Assembly: GCA_030265395.1 (NCBI GenBank)
Contig: JARFYF010000112.1
Coordinates: 18,108,140 to 18,169,709, forward strand
Reading direction: 5' to 3'
DNA: 61,570 bases
DNA from: Rhina ancylostomus
Taxonomy: Eukaryota
Below are positions 1-10,619 of the stretch, piece after piece. The notes under the pieces are model-generated. The model made no database searches and had not been told where the DNA came from. It worked only from the letters and a program-made list of their open reading frames with translations. The position numbers and the translations under genes were made by a program. Position 1 is the first letter of the stretch. Each line of letters starts with the position of its first letter.

Positions 1-310
1 AGCTTAGTGAAAGCTTGAGGAAAAGAACCTCATCTTCGGTCTTGGCAGAAGCAATATTTGGGACTTGATATTGAATTTAACAATTTGAGGTTACAACCCT
101 TTGTTTCAATTTGTTTCTCTTTAACTGCTGGTTTTAAAAGTAATTACTACCCTAAAAACTTTGTTCTCTGTACCAAGAACATTACTGCTGCTGTCTTCAA
201 CCCTCCCCCTCTGCAACTTAAAACACACTTGTTTTCTCACTTTTCCAGTTCATCCATTAACCTGAAGATTTAATTTGTTTCTCTCTCCATGGATGCTGCT
301 TGATCTGCTG
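1..310 (+). mobile_element. Penelope-like element 3' remnant (end of GIY-YIG region plus tail), continued at ~1224-1260
   Basis: Frameshifted translation KLEEKNLIFGLG..LGLDIEFNNLR resembles the C-terminus of vertebrate Penelope ORFs. The tail 'gatgctgcttgatctgctg|tatgcttccagcattttct' is split by the LINE below. Confidence 0.55.
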
Positions 311-314
311 TATG

Positions 315-1223
315 GTATTGGTATTATTTGCTATTGGTTTATTATTGTCACTCGTACTGAGGTACAGTGAAAAGCTTATCTTACAAACCGATCGTACAGG
401 TCAATTCATTACACAGTGCAGTTACATTGATTTAGTACAAAGTGCATTGACGTAGTACTGGTAAGAACAGTAACAGTACAGAGTAAAGTGTCACAGCTAC
501 AGAGAAAGTGAAGTGCAATAAGGTGCAAGGTCACAACATGGTAGANNNNNNNNNNNNNNNNNNNNNNNNNNNNNNNNNNNNNNNNNNNNNNNNNNNNNNN
601 NNNNNNNNNNNNNNNNNNNNNNNNNNNNNNNNNNNNNNNNNNNNNGCTTTCTATGGTGCATCTGTAAAAGTTGGTGAGAGTCAAAGGGGACAAACCAAAT
701 ATCTTTAGCCTCTTGAGGAAGTAGAGGCACTGGTGAGCTTTCTTGCCCGTGGCATCTACGTGATTTGACCAGGACAGGCTGTTAGTGATGTTCACTTCCA
801 GGAACTTGAAGCTCTCAGCTATCTCGACCTCAGCACCATTGATGTAGACAGGTGCATGTACACCTCCCCCTTTCCTGAAGTCAATTTCCAGCTCTTTTGT
901 TTTGTTGACATTGAGGGAAAGGTTGTTGTCATGATCCCATTCCACTAAGCTCTCTATCTCCTTCCTGTACTCTGACTCATTGCTGTTTGAGATACGGCCT
1001 ATAATGGTGGTATTATCTGCAAACTTGTACATGGAGTTAGAGCAGAATCTGGCCACACAGTCATGAGTGTATAGGAAGTAGATTAGAGGGCTGAGGATGC
1101 AACCTCGTGGGGCATCAGTGTTGGGAGTAATCGTGCCGGAGGGATTGCTGCCTATCCTCACTGATTGTGGTCTGTTTGTTAGAAGATCAGGGATCCAGTT
1201 ACAGAGGGAGGTGTTGAGTCCTA
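315..1223 (-). mobile_element. 5'-truncated Rex1/Babar-type LINE (reverse transcriptase C-terminal half plus 3' tail), 100-N gap inside
   Basis: ORF 409-1239(-) has RT motifs [53 protein letters not shown]. The tail ends in CCAATA-like repeats. Flanked by TGTATG at 309-314 and 1224-1229. Confidence 0.85.
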
Positions 1224-1539
1224 TGTATGCTTCCAGCATTTTCTATTTTTATTTCAGGACATAAGTTTGACTACTTGATTATTTCATTTGACAGCTGTTA
1301 TTCTCCAGATCAGAGAGCTATACATTCTGAATCTTAAATGTTATGTGAAAATCTTAGTTTTGAATATAATTTATCGAAGATTATGGGACTGATAGGGCAA
1401 ATGTTGAGACCATAGATCAGATCAGCCATGAACTCATTGAATGGTTGGAGTATGTGTGCAGGAACATATGGCCTAACCCTTGTCCTTTTTTATATATATG
1501 ATTTATTGCCTCATTTGGGTAAATGCAGTTAGTCAAACC

Positions 1540-2280
1540 AACTCCACCATTCAAAAGATCAGAGCTGACCTTTTACTTCAGCACCAATTTCCTATTCAAT
1601 TTCTAGAATAGCCTCATTTTCAGAAATCTATTTTTTGCCATCTTTAATATATTCAATGACTAAGCTGCCACAGTCCTCTTTAACTGAGAATTTGCAAGAT
1701 TTACTATCTTCTGCATGATGACATTTTTCTCTCATCCTAGTCCTGAATGTCCGGCCTATTAATCTGAGACTCTGACCTCTTAGACCCTTCTCACAGACGG
1801 GTATTATCATTCTCATATCTACTGTGTCAATTCACATCGGAATTTCTTGAAATTGCCTTTCATTCTTTTAAGGTCTAGAAAATATAGGCTCCGTCTTTTA
1901 ATCTCATCACCCAGGACTCAATCTGGTGAAGCTTCATTGTGTCCCTCCATCACAAGTAAATCCTTCAATAGGGAGACCAGACCTGCACAACGACACATAT
2001 ACAATGACATCCAAGTCTGAATACCCATATCTTTGAATCTTTCACATTTTAAAAAAAAAGTGCTCTTTATACCAAAGTGGATGATCTCACATTTATCTAT
2101 GTGATTTTCTAGGTGCTCACTTAACCTATCTCTTTCCTCCTTGAAGCCTTCCTGCATCCTCTTCACAACTTGCATCTTTGTACCATCAGCAAACTTGGAT
2201 ATATTATGATTGGCACTCCTGTTCAAATCACTGATAAGAATTGTGAATAGCAGGCACTGATCCCTGTAGCTCACCACAAA
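1540..2280 (-). mobile_element. Degenerate CR1-type LINE fragment
   Basis: Decayed RT motifs (LFTILISDL..ISKFADGTK, DKCEIIHFG) and C-terminal 'RGQSLRLIGRTFRTRMR' in ORFs 1918-2277 and 1628-1816. Confidence 0.7.
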
Positions 2281-2444
2281 TTCTCAACCCAATTTGTATT
2301 CAGCACAGGCATTGTGGGCTGAAGGGCCTGTTCCTATGCTGTACGGTTCTATCTTTTAAAATCAGCTTATTGAAATCTTGTTTTCTGCCAACAAATAACC
2401 CTTAATCCAGGCCAGCATATTACCCCCAATCTGATGTTTTCTTA

Positions 2445-3165
2445 TCATGGTGTCAGAACAACAACAAAATAGCCCTTAATGTCAACAAGATGAAAGAGTT
2501 GCCCTATGGAAGTGTGGGGGGGGGGGTGCTCGGGGGAGATGGTTGTGTGGGTGAAGACAATCCTGTCCTCATCAACGGAGCTGCTGTAAAGGTGGTTGAC
2601 AGCTTCAAGTTTCTTGGCATTCATGACACTAGCAACCTGATCTGGTCCCTTCATACTGATGCAGTGATCAAGAAAGTGCGTCAGCATATTTGCGTCTGAG
2701 AAGATTCAGCATGTCCACAAGGTTTCTCCTGAAATTTGACAGATGAGCTATAGAAAGCCTGGTATAACAACTGCACTCTCTTGACTGATGGAACCTAGGG
2801 AGAGTGGTAAATACTGCCCAGTCCACCTTCATGGTGCGTTGCTTCAGGAAGGCTAGTAGTATCATCAAGAATGCCTGTCACCCTGGTCATTTCCTTTTCT
2901 CTTCTACCTTCTGGGGGAAAATACAGGAGCTTAGAAGCTCAGATGGCTGGACTTAAGAACAACATCCCCACTGCTATCAGGCTTCTGGATGAATCACCTC
3001 TTTCATACCCCTTTCTTTCTGCACTACTTCATATTGCACTACAATCTTTGCACCATACTGCTATTTTGTGCATGCTGTATTATTGTATTTATTATTACCA
3101 TGTATACTGTTTACTCTGTGAGCTTCATTACGCCTGGGTCTATATGACAATAAACTAATCTAATT
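2445..3165 (+). mobile_element. Degenerate Rex1/Babar-type LINE fragment with 3' tail
   Basis: Motifs INGAAVKVVDSFKFLGIH..LIWSLHTDAVIKK and FSLLPSGGKYRSL; ends in 'tatatgacaataaactaatctaat'. Confidence 0.75.
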
Positions 3166-5151
3166 GTTTAGTGATTAGTGACCTCTTGCATGCCACCTTA
3201 TTAAAGAGCTTCTTGAAGTCCAAATTAGCACATCCATGGTTCAGGTTCACTCTTATTTATTTTTATTTATGTCAAAAAAGTTAACAGAGATACCAAACAT
3301 GATTTCCCTTTCAGAAATCCATGTTAATTTTGCCCAGTCCAATTATTATTTTCCAAGTACCTTGTTGCTACATCCTTAATAAATTCCAGCATTGATGTCT
3401 GGTAACTGGTCTGGGGATCCCTTTTGTTTTCTCTAATCCTTTGTTCTTAAAATGTGGGGCTACATTTATTTTTTCTACTGAAACAGCTTGGCTAGATTCA
3501 CAGTGAGTTTTAGAGCATAATTCAACCGTTGGGGCTTTTATTCGCAGCTAACTATTCATTATTGTACAATGAATCAAATTGAGTGAAGACTGGCTTCTGG
3601 GATGATGGCTGGCAGAGGTAGTGAATCATCAATCTGGCACTTCTGGCTGAAGGTGGTTGCAGATGCTTTGGGTTTTAATGTGTTAGATGACAGAAAGGGA
3701 TAATGTCCAGGACGACCTTCCAGCCCATCACAAACCTTCTGTTTTGTTCACTTCTCCATCCTTTCCATCTTAAATCTAATTTTTGCTCGAACTGTTATCA
3801 GTTCTGATGTTACAGGAACAAAGGCAGATGTGCAGATTTGAGCTCCTTCACTGGAAGTACAATGACATTGATAATATTGTATCAATAAAAAGTCTATACC
3901 AGGATGTTAGCAGAATGATGACAGATATTCTCTCCACTTACTTTATGCTCTAGCAATCCAATTTGGTAAATGAAGGTTAATTCTGCATTAAATTTTGTCT
4001 TAATTGTAGGTGTGGCCTCTAATTCATGTGACACTTGAAGTCAGTAACATCTTTGTTATTTTGTTTCTCCTGTGAACAGAGTTTCTCACTGGAAGAAGAT
4101 AAGTGCCATAGGAGCTTTGAAATATGCAAGAGTGCTTTGCCTGAGCTGGGAAAATGGCTCTTTCAAAGCATTGTTTACATCTCTCGTGTTGAAAGTGTAT
4201 ATACTGCATTGTGCAGCACCATTCCTTGTAATTTCTTATAAGAAAAAATGTTAAGCTTTTTCATTGTTCATGATAAATCCATGTGAGAACATGGAAGTGC
4301 ATCTAAAAGAATGTTGTTAATCACTACCATGTTTTCCCCAAAGAATAATGTTGAATCTTTGATATTTGCCTTTATTCAACTGGACTAGTTTGATGCCTCG
4401 CTTTTCATGTTGACATTTTATTTTGTAAATCAATCTATCAAGCCAATAAACTGACTGTTGTGAAACTTTAAATTTGTTTCTAATATCATGCTATCAGCTG
4501 ATGAACAATGAGTATTTGTTTATTTGTGCACCTTTCCATAATTAATTTTCTTTAGCATTGCTATAGCATCACTGTTTTGATATGCACTGTTTCCCTGCAC
4601 ATTGATGGGAAACTAGGCTCTGAAGTAAAACAACTAAACACTACAAAAAGGAGCTTGGTGGGAACACTATTTGCATTTGAATTTGCTATTTGTGGTGATC
4701 AATAGATTCCTTTGTAAGATGATCCTATTGAAATTGGGTGGTGAGAAAAGGAGTTGTTTGCAGAAGATACTGAAAGATTTCTTTACTTGAACCCAGTAAC
4801 AATTTCTCATGGAAACACTGGGGTTCTTAGAGACTTGACCATGCATTAACATTTGTAATTTAAGAAATGTTGACATTCATGCCAACTTATTCATAACAGG
4901 AAGAACAATGCAGATGTTTTAAATGTGTAATAAAGATGAATGTGTTCTTCACTTGAAAATTTCTGAAAGCATATTTAGAAACTGGAAAGCAATTTATATG
5001 TTATTATTCCCCACATTTAATTTTAAAATAGCATTTCATAATGGTTAATATCTTCACAAGCCTTCCAGATTCAAAATAGACCACCACCAGAGAACCAAAA
5101 CATTTACATAATCACTAGTTCTGCTTATAAAAATGAGAAAAGGAAAATTGT

Positions 5152-6090
5152 AGTCATAGAGTGATACAGCACAGACAGACCCTTTGGCCCATTGAGTCCA
5201 TACTAACCACTAAGTACCCATTTATGGTAATTATACACTAATATTTTATTCTCCCCATATTCCAACCAACTCCCAGTTTTTACCATTCACCTGCTTAAAA
5301 GAGGCAATTTATGGTGGGCAATTAACCTACCAACCCACTAGTCTTTGGGATGTGGGAAGAAACTGAAACCAACATGGTACAGATAGTCAAGTTGAGTTTA
5401 TTGTCCCATGCACAAGTACAGTGAGGTATGGGTTCAATGAAAAATTTGCTTGCAGCAGCATCACAGGCATGTAGGTACAGACAACACACAAAATACTGTA
5501 AAGAGGAGAGAAGGAAGGATTGTCCAAAAGCAATCACTGCTAAAAAAAGACAGATAAGTCCATGGTAGTGCAAGAGGTGGTCCATAGTGTTCTATTGCTG
5601 AGGAAGTCCTAGGATTGTGTAGGTTGGTTTAAGAACTTGATGGTAGTAGGAAAGTAACTGTTCCTAAACTGATGGTGTAGGATTTCAGGCTTCTGTACCG
5701 CCTGCCTGACAGTAGCAGTGAGAAGAGGGCATAACCTGGATGGTGGAGATCCTTGATGCTAGATGCTACCTGCTTGAGGCAGCACCTGCTGAAGATGCTG
5801 TCAGTGGTAGGGAGGGGTGTGTCCACTACACTCTGCAGCCTAGTGTTTCTGTGCATTGGAATTGCCATGATGCAACCAATCAGGATACTTTCAAAGTACA
5901 TCTGTTGAAGTTTGTTGAGAGTATTTGATGACATGCCAAATCTTAATCTTCTAAGAAAGTAGAGGCACTGGAACACCTTCTTCATGATTGCAGGGCCCAG
6001 GACAGATCACCCAAGAACGAGCAAACTCCAGACAATCAACACTGGAAGTCAGAAACGAATTTGGGTTGTTGGTGCTGTGAGGCACCATGC
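5152..6090 (-). mobile_element. tRNA-derived SINE (5152-5375 and ~6015-6090) interrupted by a Rex1-type LINE fragment (~5385-6010)
   Basis: SINE core 'tctttgggatgtgggaagaaactg' lies on one side and the head 'gcaaactccagaca...gctgtgaggca' on the other. Between them is ORF 5629-5985(-) with CLYFLRRL and FSLLLSGRRYRSLKS. Confidence 0.7.
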
Positions 6091-6129
6091 AGTCCAACTT
6101 CAATTATAGAACTCTCCCAATTTTGTTTC

Positions 6130-6176
6130 ATAATCAAATCAATTCTAGAAATAATCAAATCAATTATAGAAATAAT
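6130..6176. repeat. Short tandem duplication, 21-bp unit ATAATCAAATCAATT(C/A)TAGAA x2 plus a partial copy
   Basis: Read directly from the sequence. Confidence 0.7.
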
Positions 6177-7204
6177 TCTATAATCATATTGCCCCTCATT
6201 ACCAACTAAGTAACCCATCCCAGCTTCTTCCAATATGTTCTGCAATCCAATATATCTAAATTCAATATTTGTAAATTATCCTAACCTATGGGGTCTTCAA
6301 ATTTTAAGCACAGATACTGACATGGTTCTTTATATAATTTCTGGTCCATGTTGGATGCAGGCCACAAACTACAGAATCCCCATGTTTTGGCTTGCTCTAG
6401 TTAGCACAATACATGGTTATTGGAACTAAGTTTCTGATGTGCTCACCAAGATGTTAATTTGATGATATAAATGGCACAGAATGCTAAAGGGAGGTGATTA
6501 GGCTCATTTTTGTTGAAGATTGTCACTACTGCAGAAGGTCAATTGGAGTGTAAATGTTACTTTCAGTTTTTAGTACAAGTTTTTTTGTTATACAAGTTTT
6601 GCAGCAGATGCACATGTACTGCTTCATCAACTGATGAATTGCAAAACAATACTGTGCAATTGTCATTGATGAGACCAGCTTCTGAGTTTGTGATGGAGAG
6701 AACGTGATCAACTAAGAAATTTCTGCAGCCATGTTCTGAGATATTTGGCCCCCATAACTATGAGCATCTTTTGCACTAAATATGATTCCAGTAACCAATG
6801 CCTTTTCAATTGAACTCAATTGATTCTAATTTGATTAGGGATTCCTGGCATCCCACTTAGTTGAATACTCCTTTATGTCAAAACATCTCACATCTCAAAT
6901 TTATCTAATGGTTTATGTTTGATTGAAGGTGCAATGAGATTTTGAATGGTTGTGACAAACTCTAATCGAGGATTATTCAGGTTTGGGACAACTTGATGGA
7001 TTTTAAATTGAGCGTCATTGAGTAGATTATTACAGAATTAAGGGCTGCTTAGACTAGTCTAAAATAATGTTAATTATTCAGATTGAATTTGTACTGCTCT
7101 GAAAACAGTTGTTACTTTAATTTTCTCATTCAGTTCTCACTACCTAAAGTCCTAAAACTGTACCCTCTTGCCTTACATTTATCTGTCTTGCATTCACCTC
7201 ATGA

Positions 7205-7370
7205 ATGTCATAGAGTCAAAGTTTATACAGCACAGAAATAGGCCCTTTGGCACAACTCATTGATGCTGACTAAGTTGTCTACCTGAGCCAGTCCCATTTG
7301 CCTGCACTTGGCCCATATCCTCTAAGCCTTTCCCTATCCATGTCTAAGTGGGTTTTAAACGTTGTAATTG
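7205..7370 (-). mobile_element. CR1/HER1-type LINE 3' tail
   Basis: The motif 'catagagtc...cagcacagaaataggccctttggc...cccatttgcctgcacttggcccatatccctctaagcc' recurs at 37925, 52110 and 54725. Confidence 0.65.
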
Positions 7371-8699
7371 AGTGCCAGTTATGAAGTCAGGTTAAATACC
7401 TAAATTTTTACTGTAAATTTCTTTGTCTCTATTTCTTCCTTGCAATCTAACTCTGTAGTTTTAAATGATTTTGATAGTTTATAAGAGATTTATTTATTAC
7501 TCAATAATGTTGTATTACCTTCTTTTAACAAAAATCCATTTTTAGGGAACACCTACAAATTCAGACATGGATGGGAGTCAGACATCCAACACACATAGCA
7601 CAGCAATAGTGGAAAACTGGAAATTGTTAAACAGATTCAATAATTTAAATATGCTCAGGGCATCTAAATTAAGACAAGCAAAAAGAAACATACTCTTTTT
7701 TTCAAAGCTTTTTCAAATCTGTTATCTGTTGAGGAAAACAATTGTTTTAAAATGTTCACATTTGAAATCAACATGAATACCCATTCTCTACAAATCTCGA
7801 GTATTTTGCGATTACATTTTTTTCACAATTGTACTGTTGATTTGTTTTGTTTACATTGCTATCACAAACTGCTATCTTGTTTTCTCAGTTTTGCTTTTAA
7901 AAGTTAAGTGGCAATTTTAAGCAGTGCTGGATTGACTGGGTAGTGATCGTTATTAAATTAGGCATTCATTGGCGAGTGATTTACTCCTGTTTGCAAAATG
8001 ACAGCCTGAGTGTTCAAAGTCAAAAAGATATTTAAAGAAGCAAATTTAAACTTTGCTTTGAGTTAAATAAGACCACAGGGTCAAAATAGTGAAAAATAAA
8101 GTTAGGATTAATTTCGATATCATAACTCATTTCTATATGATTTAAATAGAAGTCGGCAATTATCACAGAAGAGCTGTTGAGTGTTCTGGATAGCGGAGAT
8201 AAAACTGAATGCCTTTCCTCGTCGTTAACTATCTCGTCTTTCACAGAAAGATGTTTTTGACTAAATGCTCTTAAATTGAATTAGGACGCCGGGAAGCTTT
8301 GAGTGCATAGCATGGAAATGAATGAGCACATTGAATGACACTGAATGTTGTTTAGAAATGCGTTCGAAGAGCCTTCAATTTATTCAAAAATCTTGAGTGG
8401 CACGGCGTGGTAAACATTGCTTTAATGAAGCGAGCTGATGGCACTACATGGAGACTCTAATGATTGAGTAGCATTGACTACATTGTGTGGAAATAACGTG
8501 CATGGCCAGAGTCTGCGTTTACACGGAGATCTATTGACCAACTGTGGGTAACATTGATTGTTGGCGTGGAAACTGGCTATGTTTTTGAAAGCAAGGCTAA
8601 ACTCCATTAAGGTGCACGCAGATACAACACACTAACTGGTGAGAAAAAACGAAATTACATTAGATTTTGGAAAGAAGCGACCCGTATTAGAAATGCATA

Positions 8700-9469
8700 C
8701 TCTTTGCGGGGGAACTAAACAAGTGGATGTTTCAGAAGTGAGGTTCTTTGAAAGTGGCAGAAGACAGGTGGGAGGCTCAGCTGATTGGAATAAAGGTCGA
8801 GCACTGGCGGGCGAACCGCCATTCACAGAGGCAGCTGACTGCGGGAGCGGCGCCGCTCCGGGGTCGTGCGAATGGGTGCGTGACGCCACTGCGCGCCGGG
8901 ATTGGCTGCTGCTCAGCGTATGAGTAAGGTCGCCTGGAGCCGCCGGCCAATTGCGGCGGAGAGTCGCCCGGTTGTGATGGTTTGGATTTAAAGAGCTAGG
9001 AGCAGGCGGCCGAGGTGACAAACACGGGTGGACGGCGGCAGTGGCCAAAGGGACGTTGGTGAGTAACGGCGGTCAACCTCCCTTCCAACTGCCGCTGGCT
9101 CTGGGCTCCGAGCATCGGGACCTGGTTCTGCCCGCTCCCCTGTCTGAAGGCGGCCGCTGCCGCCGCGCAGGCTTTCGGCAGCGAGTCGGAGGTCTCCGTG
9201 AGGGGCTGGGCGTCGTCCGCCCGTCGGTTCCCGTTTCTCGCCGCCCTCCTGTGCCGCACCCGGTGCCTGCGGGTGTCTGTGAAGCACTCGCCTTACGTGT
9301 CCCGAAAGATAGACGGTCCACCCTCTAATCAAGCTTTTGACTGCGAATCCGAGGACGGCCGCGGTTTCCGGCCCAGTCGTTCCCCAGTTTCCCTGCACAC
9401 CAACCACCCGAATTCCCTGACTCCATATCCCAGGAATTTGCCCCGTGTCAGTTTCTCACACAGACCTGG
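8700..9469 (+). promoter_or_regulatory. CpG-island promoter of NDE1
   Basis: The only strongly GC/CpG-rich stretch in the window. CCAAT boxes at 8784-8788 and 8901-8905 (both inverted) and 8947-8951; CRE-like TGACGCCA at 8881-8888; CHR-like TTTAAA at 8987-8992. It lies ~5 kb upstream of the first NDE1 coding exon and runs into a gap at 9470. Confidence 0.8.
8993..9058 (+). other. NDE1: Probable non-coding exon 1 of NDE1 (5' end approximate)
   Basis: Strong donor TTG|GTGAGT at 9058/9059 inside the CpG island. The ATG-bearing exon has an upstream acceptor, so a 5' non-coding exon is required. Confidence 0.55.
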
Positions 9470-10619
9470 NNNNNNNNNNNNNNNNNNNNNNNNNNNNNNN
9501 NNNNNNNNNNNNNNNNNNNNNNNNNNNNNNNNNNNNNNNNNNNNNNNNNNNNNNNNNNNNNNNNNNNNNNNNNNNNNNNNNNNNNNNNNNNNNNNNNNNN
9601 NNNNNNNNNNNNNNNNNNNNNNNNNNNNNNNNNNNNNNNNNNNNNNNNNNNNNNNNNNNNNNNNNNNNNNNNNNNNNNNNNNNNNNNNNNNNNNNNNNNN
9701 NNNNNNNNNNNNNNNNNNNNNNNNNNNNNNNNNNNNNNNNNNNNNNNNNNNNNNNNNNNNNNNNNNNNNNNNNNNNNNNNNNNNNNNNNNNNNNNNNNNN
9801 NNNNNNNNNNCTTTCCATCCCTGGGGGGGGGGGGGGGAAAAAAGCCACTAGTAATGTAATTGCACAATTATATGTGCAGAATCTGCCTTTTTCACTAATT
9901 TTGCTTTAAGAATGCTGAATTTTGAAATAGAATATTGACTGACTGTATAGGTCAGTGGTGTCACTGACCTGATGGAAAATTGTAATGACTTTGAATATGA
10001 TGTGGTGTTAATCCAAATTTTCTGTTTAGTTGTCCTTTATAGAGATAACATTAATGCGTTTGACAACAGCTTTTGTAATAAAGTATTTGCTTTTATGAAA
10101 TTCCAAGAAAAAACCGCTGGATTGAAACAAAAATACAAAGAAGAAAAATCAAATGCTCAGTCAGTATTGAGCGAATGTACTATGATTGACCCTCAACTCT
10201 ATATAGTGTCTTTTATGTCCAATGATGGAGTGAAATTACTTGGGCTAGAATAATATGATTACAGTATTACTTGGACCAAGTTAATTTTGAGGTAAATGGA
10301 TGGTGCCAAGGCAAAAGGCTGTAAAAGAAAGTAAAGGCAGCCACATTGATAATGAGCAAGCTGTCAAGTTGTTTTGATTTGTCAGGCAAGCTAAATTTTC
10401 TTCATCTTGCTCCTGTTAAAAGGATGAGTTTGATACTCTTATTGAATTTCTTGGATTTTAGCATGAGAATGGATGTGTGACAAAAACTTCACTGAGTTAG
10501 TTTAAGGTCTTGTGGTATTTCAAGTGTTTTGCTGGTTTATTGATTCATTGTCTGTAAAAGCTTAACCACATTGATTTCACTGAAATTGCTTTTTTTTGTA
10601 CACTGCATAATATGTAATG

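Noticed and set aside
8632-9407. Several overlapping 80-140 aa ORFs on both strands
   Set aside because: They coincide with the GC-rich CpG island, where stop codons are scarce. The translations are Ala/Arg/Pro/Gly-rich with no recognisable family.
7500-9469. Head-to-head MARF1 first exon or miR-484 at the NDE1 promoter, as in human
   Set aside because: No recognisable MARF1 coding sequence, convincing - strand exon or miR-484 hairpin in the window.
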